NCBI GenBank assembly: GCA_002269645.1
Contig: NIVC01000794.1
Span: 1 to 33,934, forward strand
Direction: 5' to 3'
Origin: Macrostomum lignano
Lineage: Eukaryota
Length of the DNA: 33,934 bases
Part shown: in pieces, positions 1 to 12,000 of the stretch
Position numbering within the stretch: the stretch's first letter is position 1
How the letters are laid out: the number at the start of each line of letters is the position of its first letter
The notes under the pieces: generated by a model
What the model saw: the letters and a program-made list of their open reading frames with translations, nothing else
What the model was told of the DNA's origin: nothing
Database searches by the model: none
Program-made: the position numbers and the translations under genes

Positions 1-3000
1 GCTGAGGATGCTGGCTGCCACTTGCGCGGGCGTCAGCTGGAGCTCCGGGCTGCGGGCGGGAGAAGGGGCGCGGGCTGGTCATTGATTATCGATCGGTTGG
101 GCATTCATTATCGATTAGCTGGTCATTGATTATCGATTAGCTGGGCATTTATTATCGATTACTTGGGCAGTGATTATAGATTGGCTGGGATTGATTATCG
201 ATTAGTTGGGCAGTGATTATAGATTGGCTGGGATAGATAATCGATTGGTTGGTCATTGATTTCCGATTGGCTGGATTGATTATCGACTGGCTGGCATGGA
301 TTATCGATTGGCTGGGATGGATTACCGATTGGCTGGGATGGATTATCGATTGGCTGGGATGGATTATCGATTGGCTGGGATGGATTACGATTGGCTGGGA
401 GTTTGATTATGGATTATGGACCATAACATCATACTCATATCTCAGACGATCACCTCATTCCGGGCTTGACAGACTTGCCAACGAGCACCCCGCCAGATCC
501 GGGGTCAAGGAAGGTCGGGCACACGGTGCTCAGGAAGATCCGGTTCCGCCCGTACAGCTCCATCCGGCGCAGCTCGTCCTGCACAGCTTCCATGAAGCCC
601 AAGCTGCCAAACTTTGAGGCGCTGCAAAAACAGTGAGAATATATAAAGCGTTGGCTTGAAAAACTGAATTTCGCATTAAAGAATTTTTGCCTCACCTGTA
701 GTCGGTGCAGTAGGCGACTCCCATGCAGGCTGCCATGCTGGCCACCGAGACAATGTGGCCTCGGCCTCGCTTGATCATGTGCGGCAGGGCCGCGCGAACC
801 ACCTGCGGCAGGGTGGGGGGAGGGTGCGTTATGGGGTGTGAGATCAGGCTCTGGGTGAGGTGTGATGGCTCTGGGTGAGGTGTGGAATCAGGCTCTTGGT
901 GAGGTGTGGAATCAGGCTCTTGAAGAGGTGTGATGGCTCTGGGTGAGGTATGAGATCAGGCTCTGGGTGAGGTGTGGGATCAGGCTCTGGGTGAGGTGTG
1001 GGATCAGGCTCTGTGTGAGGTGTAGGATCAGGCTCTGGGTGAGGTGTGGGATCAGGCTCTGGGTGAGGTGTGGAATCAGGCTCTGGTGAGGTGTGGAATC
1101 AGGCTCTGGGTGAGGTGTGGGATCATACTCTGGGTGAGGTGTGGGATCAGGCTCTGTGTGAGGTGTGGGATCAGGCTCTGGGTGAGGTGTGGGATCAGGT
1201 CCAGGGTGAGGTGTGGGATCAGGCTCTGGGTGAGGTGTGGGATCAGGCTCTGGGTGAGGTGTGGGATCATACTCTGGGTGAGGTGTGGGATCAGGCTCTG
1301 TGTGAGGTGTGGGATCAGGCTCTGGGTGAGGTGTGGGATCAGGTCCAGGGTGAGGTGTGGGATCAGGCTCTGGGTGAGGTGTGGGATCAGGCTCTGGGTG
1401 AGGTGTGGGATCATACTCTGGTGAGGTGTGGGATCAGGCTCTGTGTGAGGTATGGGATCAGGCTCTGGGTGAGGTGCGATGGCTCTGGTGAGGTGCGATG
1501 GCTCTGGGTGAGGTGTGGGATCAGGCTCTGTGTGAGGTGTGGGATCAGGCTCTGGGTGGTGTGGGATCAGGTCCGGGGTGAGGTGCGATGGCTCTGGGTG
1601 AGGTGCGATGGCTCTGGGTGAGGTGCGATGGCTCTGGGTGAGGTGTGGGATCGGGCTCTGTGTGAGGTGTGGGATCATACTCTGGGTGAGGTGTGGGATC
1701 AGGCTCTGGGTGAGGTATGGGATCAGGCTCTGGGTGAGGTGCGATGGCTCTGGGTGAGGTGTGGGATCTGACTCTGGGTGAGGTGTGGGATCGGCTCTGT
1801 GTGAGGTGTGGGATCAGGCTCTGGGTGAGGTGTGGGATCAGGCTCTGGGTGAGGTGTGAGATCAGGCTCTGGGTGAGGTGCGATGGCTCTGGGTGAGGTG
1901 TGGGATCTGACTCTGGTGAGGTGTGGGATCATACTCTGGGTGAGGTGTGGGATCATACTCTGGGTGAGGTGTGGGATCATACTCTGGGTGAGGTGTGGGA
2001 TCAGGCTCTGTGTGAGGTGTGGGATCAGGCTCTGGGTGAGGTGTGAGATCAGAGTCTGTGTGAGGTGTGAGATCAGGCTCTGGGTGAGGTGTGATGGCTC
2101 TGGGTGAGGTGTGGGATCAGGCTCTGGGTGAGGTGTGAGATCAGAGTCTGTGTGAGGTGTGAGATCAGGCTCTGGGTGAGGTGTGGGATCAGGCTCTGGG
2201 TGAGGTGTGGGATCAGGCTCTGGGTGAGGTGTGAGATCAGAGTCTGTGTGAGGTGTGAGATCAGGCTCTGGGTGAGGTGTGATGGCTCTGTGTGAGGTGT
2301 GGGATCAGGCTCTGGGTGAGGTGTGAGATCAGAGTCTGTGTGAGGTGTGAGATCAGGCTCTGGGTGAGGTGTGATGGCTCTGGGTGAGGTGTGGGATCAG
2401 GCTCTGGGTGAGGTGTGGGATCAGGCTCTGGGTGAGGTGTGGGATCAGGCTCTGGGTGAGGTGTGGGAACATACTCTGGGTGAGGTGTGGTATCAGGCTG
2501 TGTGAGGTGTAGGATCAGGCTCTGGGTGAGGTGTGGGATCAGGCTCTGTGTGAGGTGTTGGATCACCCGGTGGGAAAAAAATGGTCGCCGCGACGGCTTC
2601 TGTTTGTTGCGTTTACGACGGCGGAAACTCCGTTCGAGTGAACGCCGAGTTTCCGTCGCCACAACGGTCGCTGCGACGGCGGTCGGAAGACCCATTAGCG
2701 ACTCTTATATGCGTACGATACTACTTGTATCGTGTAGTAGTGTAGATGGACCATGATATATCCCACGAATTTTTTATTTTTTCGGAATAAAAAAGAAACG
2801 AAATATAGATGCAGTCCTTTTCAACAAATAAACATTATGTTGCTATGGGAAATGCTTTTTAGCATTATATTTATAGAATTACCTGATTATTCAGTTCCTG
2901 CTAGAGAAGAAAAAATTCACCCATAGACATACTTCAAAAAAGTACAATAATATCAAACTGTTGTTTATTAAGCATACACGAAGCGTACAAGAAAGCAATC

Positions 3001-6000
3001 GTTCACAATATTAAGTACAATAAAGTACAATAAGGTATAAATGGCCTATAGGGTCCATTGTACCCCACAGACAAATAAGCAGTCATCAATAGAAATATGG
3101 CGTGCATTAGCTAACTAATTTTCTGATTATGAACATTGAGCAACTACTCCAGATCAGAGCAGTACTCGAGTTCGAGCTCTTGCTCAACTCAGAGTTTGAG
3201 GTGAAACTTGCCAGTTATTGCTCACTTTATTCATACGGCCAAATGACTAATTCAATGGGCTTTCTATGCACATAAAGTAATAACACTGTTATGTACAGAA
3301 GCTGCAATAATAGTCGATTTATGGGGTCAAAAAACTCATTATTTTTTAAACGTTTGGGGTTTAGAGTAAAAGATCAGCTGTATCATTTAACATATAAGGA
3401 CACCTAATTTAGCGCCCCAAGGACATCTAGTTTGATCCCCTAAGGACACCTAATTTATCGCCCCAAGTACATCTAGTTTATCGCCCCAAGGACACCTAAT
3501 TTAGCGCCCCAAGGACATCTAGTTTGATCCCCTAAGGACACCTAATTTATCGCCCCAAGTACATCTAGTTTATCGCCCAAGGACACCTAATTTAGCGCCC
3601 CAAGGACATCTAGTTTATCCCCTAAGGACACCTAATTTATCGCCCCAAGGACATCTAGTTTAGCGTCCCAAGGACACCTAATTTATCGCCCCAAGGACAC
3701 CTAATTTAGTGCCCAAGGACATCTAGTTTAACGCCCCAAGGACACCTAATTTAGCGCCCAAGGACATCTAGTTTAGCGTCCCAAGGACACCTAATTTATC
3801 GCCCCAAGGACACCTAATTTAGCGCCCCAAGGACATCTAGTTTAGCGTCCCAAGGACACCTAATTTATCGCCCCAAGGACACCTAGTTTAGCGTCCCAAG
3901 GACACCTAATTTATCGCCCAAGGACACCTAGTTTAGCGTCCCAAGGACACCTAATTTATCGCCCCAAGAACACCTAGTTTAGCGTCCCAAGAACATCTAG
4001 TTTGACCCCTAAGGACACCTAATTTATCGCCCCAAGGACACCTAATTTAGCGCCCCAAGGACATCTAGTTTAGCGTCCCAAGGACACCTAATTTATCACC
4101 CCAAGGACACCTAATTTATCGCCCCAAAACATCTAGTTTGACCCCCTAAGGACACCTAATTTATCGCCCCAAGGACACCTAATTTAGCGCCTCAAGGACA
4201 TCTAGTTTAGCGTCCCAAGGACACCTAATTTATCGCCCCAAGGACACCTAGTTTAGCGTCCCAAGGACACCTAATTTATCGCCCCAAGGACACCTAGTTT
4301 AGCGTCCAAGGACACCTAATTTATCGCCCCAAGAACACCTAGTTTAGCGTCCCAAGTACATCTAGTTTGACCCCACAGAGAATCGCTCGCTGTGAGAAGC
4401 GCCAATTGACAACTGCTTTCAGAAATTTTTCTTTGAGACTCACTGTATGAGAATCTCTTTCATGCGAGAATTGTCCCTTGCGAAGAACCTTGCAAAAATC
4501 GATTCGCAGAGACCCTAACCTGACGTTTTGATAACTCAAATCTCCAATCCATAGGCGCGTATGGTAATTATAAAGCTTCCTCTCTGGCTCAATGGCCTCC
4601 ATAAAATTTAGAAAATGCTGTGGAAAAATTTCGGCATGCAGTTGGCTTTTGCGAATTTTCTTCTTGATGAATAGCTATTTGCATATGCCATTTTCTAACG
4701 CCCTATAAACACATTTTACAATCGGCTTTCGCGTGGCTATATCTGAGAATAAACATATTTTCAAGACAGCTAATTATGGAGGTGGGAACAGTAAAATGGG
4801 GCATCTTTGTGAGAAGGGCAACTGAACCACAAAAGGGAAATTCTTAGCTTACTATATGCACCTAAAAATGAGGCATAGAAATGAGATTTTGAGATTGGGG
4901 GATTTTTGCGTCACCGATTGTCGGGGGATTTTCCGGAGAATTCCCAGGGGGGCTTTGTTTTGACGGGAGGGTGATAGTTGTGCACATATGATGGTTAAGG
5001 CGATGGAGACTCGTCAGATAAGTCCTGCGAATCAGGATAGTGCCGCTTTCCGCTGCCCTGCTCGGGTGCACTTGGGCGCTTCTTCGCCTTCTTGCGCAGG
5101 TTGTCCCCCGCATGCTTAAGAGCCGAGATGACGTGTTTTTCTACATCTCGCTCAGATGGCCTCTCATGAGGCTTGTCGTCTTTGTACATCGTGGAAACGG
5201 CTCCTGGAATTGGATTGGTGGTTTTATTCTGTCAAATTTATTCTACTCTATGCTCCATAGTCCCTACTTTAAGTAGACATTATTCACTTGAATTTGTCTA
5301 AATGTTTCATTCTGAACCAGTTTCATTGAAGAAACTATACTATAAAATTAGGCAAAATGATTCTGATTCTAGATTTACAATTACACACTTTCGGATTTCT
5401 GTAAACTTACGCTTCAGAAGAGGAAGCAGTGTTGTCTGGAAGCCAAGGCTGTCATCTGTTCCCGCGCCGCCGGACCTCTCGGCCAAGCCTCGACCGCAAT
5501 AGTTTAGCTGGGCCATCATTTCAGGGGTGATACACTTTAGCAGCATCCGTCGGATGGTGCTCGCAACACTGTCACCCCGGCAGCGTGCCAGTTGCGTGCG
5601 CAGAACTTTCTGTGCCTCCTTATCTGATGCCAGCTTTAGATAGCCCGCCCACGAAGCAGCTGGTTGCCATTCAGCTTCGGGCAGCTCGATGATAGTGCCG
5701 CCAACAGTCGAGTTGCCCTGCCTGTTGAGGGCCGCCAGAATCTCCCGCTGCTGCTGTTGTATTGTTGCGTCTCGCTGCTCTTGGAGCTGCTGGCCGCGCA
5801 ACACCAGCAACATCAGCTGCGAGATACCCTTCAGACTCGCCAAGTCACCGAACTTGGCTGTTAAGTCCATCATCAGCCTGCGAGCGGCTTGGTTCTCCAG
5901 TTGTAGGCCCACGCTTTCCCTGTTGCGGCTCTGGGTGCTTGAGCTAGCAGCTGTGATAGCAGCAGCAGCAGCAGCAGCAGTGAAACTCTGGTCATGTTGA

Positions 6001-8523
6001 GGCCCTGGTGTCGATGTAGCCGTAGCGGTATCTGTTGGCTGAATAGAATAGGGGTGGGGGACAAATCATTACACTCATTACTCCGGATCTGCGAATACAT
6101 TTATGTCATTTTCTTGTATAAAGCATATACACCTTATACTTTCATAGTCTCGAATTCGTACTTAAAATTTAATGCGAACATAGCATAGCATTTATCAATC
6201 ACAATTACTAATCTTGCACACTCATTTATTTATTACTTTGAAGTTGCTGCTGTCGAGACTATAGTGACTAAAATGATGTGCAAAGATGACCAGGGGACCG
6301 GATTAACCTTTCCCAAGAATTAAACATGTCAAGGCGCTCACTATAGTATAAATATACCGTACCCACGGCCAAGCGCCTGAGCGTTATAAATATTTTGTTG
6401 TACTTTTTATTTGCGACTCAGTTGTCATGATTTACCATAGAAAATTTCCTTTTACAGTTCTTTCTCGCAGTTAAGTTTCTCGCTTCATATCTTCTCATCG
6501 TTTAACTCATAATATATATACTTGAATTCAGCCCAAGTTGACCTATAATTTCACTACAGCGTAAATCTAAAAATTGGTCTGCCATGACATTTTCATCGTC
6601 AGGTAGTGAGACACAAGGTGTGCTATGCTTACCCGCACCGAACGATGCAAATCCGACGGAGAAGCGGCTGCTGCTGAAGGTGAAGCTCGGTTCTGCATGG
6701 GTAGTAGTTGAGCCGCCTCCATACTCGGCTTAGGTACCACAGAAGCTCCATGTGGATGGCTCGCGGATGCTGCTGGCTGCCCGGAACCGACATCAGCCTC
6801 TGAATCCATCGTGCCATGATCCGATTGGAGTGCCTGCACAGATAGATCGCATAGTATGGGAATGGATTATATAGTTTATCCAGGTGTATGATTATTTCAA
6901 AGCCCGAAATTATCTCACGTTATGCTTAGACTATAACGACGCAACAGTGAAGGGAAAGGCCCGAATTATACTCATTTTTCTAAGCTAGCAGAATTATATT
7001 TTACCTGATGGCTTGTGGATAACTCCGTTAAAGCAGCCCTTGGCCTTAGCTTAGAGTTTATTCTTAGAAACGTACAAACAAAAATAGGAGTAAAATCATT
7101 CTCCTTCCCTGTCCGCAACCGTTGTTTTTACCCATAATCCGCTCATTCCTTTCCACTCTGCCCTCCGACCACTCCCACACTTCCATTTGTATTTCTAAGA
7201 ACGAATTCTTTCTACTGCACTGCAAAAAGACAGTCAAAAAGCTTTTTCGACGGCGTGATTTTTGGCTCCTGTTCTGATCGATAGACACCTGGTTTCTTAA
7301 TAATTTAGTTTGGTAAATTATCTTTTACATACCTGCACGGGCTTCAGCAGCAGCCGCTTCTTCACTCCGGGACAAATAACGCGTGGCGAAACCTGAAGGA
7401 ACATTCGCTTCGGGCGAAAGTCTTTTTCAAGCCGGCACCTGCGGCAGTACTGTATGACTCTTGTAAGATCATACCCGTCATCAAGCGATACCTGAGAAGT
7501 AAGGATTGGGTGTAAATCTAAATTGTATGGTATAAGTCGTCCCCGACTCCATTTTATTTGTATGCATTATATAGATGAAGGTAGCAGGCTGCAGGTCTTG
7601 ATAAAGTGCGGACGGTTTTTATATTCTACGGAATACCTGCGGAATGGTGTAAAATATTTATGATGCGGACATTGTTTTGGCTCCAATGGCTTCCTCATCA
7701 AACGATGCAATATTTCCCCGCATTCAGCTACATGCTATACCATCGTGGCCCTTGTTATATGCACTTTTCAATTTCCGAAAAATGTGCACTGCTCTATTTC
7801 CAGTAGTGTAGTCGGGCATAGGAATCATAACAATCAAAGTGGAAAAACTGGTAGAAATTTCTGCTTCTTGACACGGTACGGTGGACTCAATTTAAACATT
7901 GTTATTGCCTAAAGAGTCTGTTGTGGCAGTAACAGGCTTTGAAAGCCCAGGAAAAGCAATTATATTAAGGAATTTATTCTATTCCGCATTCCGGTTCCGC
8001 AGTTTATAAAGAGCCGCAGGCTGCAGCTGACCAAACAATAGAAATAAGATAAAAAAGTCAATATCATTTGCTTACCAATATAACTGTTGCTTCGTAGAAG
8101 GCGTCTCCGTAGATGGCGCTGCAACGGATCCGCTCCGTCTCATGATCATCACTTTGAGCAAAGCCTATCCAGTCATTGTGACTGTCAAACGTAGCGAATC
8201 GCCCTTGAAGCCTTATTTGTTCAAAAGGTACTTCAACTACTTCCAGGTCGCAACTAAAAATTACTACGAAGCGCATTGCCATATACGAGCGTACTAGAGC
8301 TGAGAGATAACTACAGAAACGATCAGATAGATATGTCAGATGCTCATAGGAATTGTTCTACGAAGTGAATAGTATCTGACTCAGAAAGTCGTAGTCTGTT
8401 CTTAAATGCCACTTAATTCTTTTGTGAACCAATGAGAAAGCTACTGCTCTTTTTATCCTCTCTCTCGTTTGCATTCTTTTAGTCCTCATGTTCAGCGACA
8501 GCCAATGGGAGATCTTAGTGCAT

Positions 8524-8569
<46 letters not shown>

Positions 8570-8891
8570 TCGTCTGTTTGATTAGACTTCAGGTTTCTAT
8601 ATTATTGCCTATATTTTAGAGAAGGGGACAGAATATAGAATTTTGCACCCAGTTTATAATTGTGTCTCTGTCTCTCTGTGGGGCTCTGGGGGCTTCCCCT
8701 ACTTTTCCTCTCCTCTCCTTTACCCCTTTCTCTCCCTGTCTCTCTCTCCCTCCCTCTCTCACCCTCTCACAGTCTTCCTCTCAGTCTCACTCACTTTATC
8801 TCCTCCTCTCCGTCTCTCCCTCATCCCTATCTCTCTCTCCCTCTGTATGTGTCTCTGTCTCTTCTCTCTGTCCCCTCTCTTTTCTCTCTCC

Positions 8892-8935
<44 letters not shown>

Positions 8936-8974
8936 TGTATGTGTCTCTGTCTCTTCTCTCTGTCCCCTCTCTTT

Positions 8975-9069
<95 letters not shown>

Positions 9070-12000
9070 GTCTATCCCTCATCCTCTCTCTCCCTCTGTG
9101 TGTCTGTCTCTCTCTTCCCACCTCTCTCTCTCTTTCTCTCTGTTATCTTGCCTATGAGATACATAGATACATTGTGATGGTGGGTAGGAGGGTATGCTGT
9201 GCTATGTGGCGCCACTCTGTCTGTAACGATGAGACTTTATCGGTACACCCACATTCCGGCTGGCCATGAATATGGAACTGAGTGTTCGCAAAAAGGCCCT
9301 CAAACCCCCACTACCCCTATCTTTTACATTTCTAAGTTTGAAAATCGGAAATGAAGAGCGTGGGAAAATTACTTGAATTGGCTTAGAATGTTAAGATTTA
9401 GTATATTTGATTGCTCTTTGTTTGCCGGGGCTTCAGCACACACCCTCCATCTTGCACCCTGCCTTTTCCGGATCCACCAAAATACGCAACAGACTGAGTG
9501 TTGTGATCTGTACCCTGGCCCCTCCCCTTCCTTTGATGCAGGCTCCTGCTTGATTTCCCTGCTTGATTAGTTGCTAAAATGCTATTGCTAAAATTTGTGA
9601 TTCAAAGGTAACGATAAAAATAAATTCTAAAAAAAACATTTGTATTTGTATTTACTAATACAGCTTTACAGCTATTTGTATTCATTTCTCCGCCTTCGAG
9701 TATCTGGAAAGCTGATTAGGCTAGAGATCCGATTCTTTCTGCAAAAGACACCGACTGGGGTGCTCTAATTATCTGTAGAGTCTCATATCTGAATCTACAG
9801 ATACAGCTTGGCAGTTGCTGATTGATTTTTTTGGCTTTCCCTATTAAAATACATTAGAATTTCTAGGAATCTCCGCTTTTGAATATCTGGAAAGCTGATT
9901 AGGCTAGAGATCCGATTCTTTCTGCAAAAGACACCGACTGGGGTGCTCTAATTATCTGTAGAGTCTCATATCTGAATCTACAGATACAGCTTGGCAGTTG
10001 CTGATTGATTTTTTTGGCTTTCCCTATTAAAATACATTAGAATTTCTAGGAATCTCCGCTTTTGAATATCTGGAAAGCTGATTAGGCTAGAGATCCGATT
10101 CTTTCTGCAAAAGACACCGACTGGGGTGCTCTAATTATCTGTAGAGTCTCATATCTGAATCTACAGATACAGCTTGGCAGTTGCTGATTGATTTTTTTGG
10201 CTTTCCCTATTAAAATACATTAGAATTTCTAGGAATCTCCGCTTTTGAATATCTGGAAAGCTGATTAGGCTAGAGATCCGATTCTTTCTGCAAAAGACAC
10301 CGACTGGGGTGCTCTAATTATCTGTAGAGTCTCATATCTGAATCTACAGATACAGCTTGGCAGTTGCTGATTGATTTTTTTGGCTTTCCCTATTAAAATA
10401 CATTAGAATTTCTAGGAATCTCCGCTTTTGAATATCTGGAAAGCTGATTAGGCTAGAGATCCGATTCTTTCTGCAAAAGACACCGACTGGGGTGCTCTAA
10501 TTATCTGTAGAGTCTCATATCTGAATCTACAGATACAGCTTGGCAGTTGCTGATTGATTTTTTTGGCTTTCCCTATTAAAATACATTAGAATTTCTAGGA
10601 ATCTCCGCTTTGAATATCTGGAAAGCTGATTAGGCTAGAGATCCGATTCCTTCTGCAAAAGACACCGACTGGGGTGCTCTAATTATCTGTAGAGTCTCAT
10701 ATCTGAATCTACAGATACAGCTTGGCAGTTGCTGATTGATTTTTTTGGCTTTCCCTATTAAAATACATTAGAATTTCTAGGAATCTCCGCTTTTGAATAT
10801 CTGGAAAGCTGATTAGGCTAGAGATCCGATTCTTTCTGCAAAAGACACCGACTGGGGTGCTCTAATTATCTGTAGAGTCTCATATCTGAATCTACAGATA
10901 CAGCTTGGCAGTTGCTGATTGATTTTTTTGGCTTTCCCTATTAAAATACATTAGAATTTCTAGGAATCGCCGCTTTTGAATATCTGGAAAGCTGATTAGG
11001 CTAGAGATCCGATTCCTTTCTGCAAAAGACACCGACTGGGGTGCTCTAATTATCTGTAGAGTCTCATATCTGAATCTACAGATACAGCTTGGCAGTTGCT
11101 GATTGATTTTTTTGGCTTTCCCTATTAAAATACATTAGAATTTCTAGGAATCTCCGCTTTTGAATATCTGGAAAGCTGATTAGGCTAGAGATCCGATTCC
11201 TTCTGCAAAAGACACCGACTGGGGTGCTCTAATTATCTGTAGAGTCTCATATCTGAATCTACAGATACAGCTTGGCAGTTGCTGATTGATTTTTTTGGCT
11301 TTCCCTATTAAAATACATTAGAATTTCTAGGAATCTCCGCTTTTGAATATCTGGAAAGCTGATTAGGCTAGAGATCCGATTCTTTCTGCAAAAGACACCG
11401 ACTGGGATGCTCTAATTATCTGTAGAGTCTCATATCTGAATCTACAGATACAGCTTGGCAGTTGCTGATTGATTTTTTTGGCTTTCCCTATTAAAATACA
11501 TTAGAATTTCTAGGAATCTCCGCTTTTGATCTATGACATCGAGAATTAGAGCGCGCCATTGAATTTCTCGTAAAATTGTGATTGAATGCTAATGCAAATA
11601 AAGTAATTTTAATTCAGCTCATATTTAATTTAAATAACTTAATTTCAAAGCAAACGTTCTTCCTATTTGTCGTGTAATTTGCGGCCGCTTTGAGGCTTTG
11701 TCATTGGAGGATTCATCATGCGGCGGGGATGAGGTGGGGAACAGTTAAGGGGTGTGGGGAACGAATAAAATTAATGAGCTATGTTAGACTGTGTTAGATT
11801 TCCCGCGGGGGATCTAATCAGACCAATAAGTCGACATCACAGACCAATGAGTGTTCTGTAAATCTAAAAGATTGCTTGCTTCTTCCCGTGGCCCCAAGTG
11901 TTACTTGCATACATTCGTATTGGTGCAGTGAAGTAAAGGTCTTACAAAGCTGTTTGCTCATAGAGTAGTGTCCTATGCCCTACTTATAGTAGGCACAAGA

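Noticed and set aside
1044-2295. Long ORFs such as VRCGIRLW, EVWDQALG and IPHLTQSL repeats
   Set aside because: These are translations of the 24-bp intronic minisatellite in several frames on both strands, with no coding signature.
8643-9269. SLSLSL / ERERER ORFs
   Set aside because: These are (CT)n microsatellite translations.
11794-11817. Imperfect palindrome TTAGATTTCCCGCGGGGGATCTAA as a Helitron 3' hairpin
   Set aside because: I found no convincing downstream CTRR end in an A/T insertion context and no matching 5' TC terminus.
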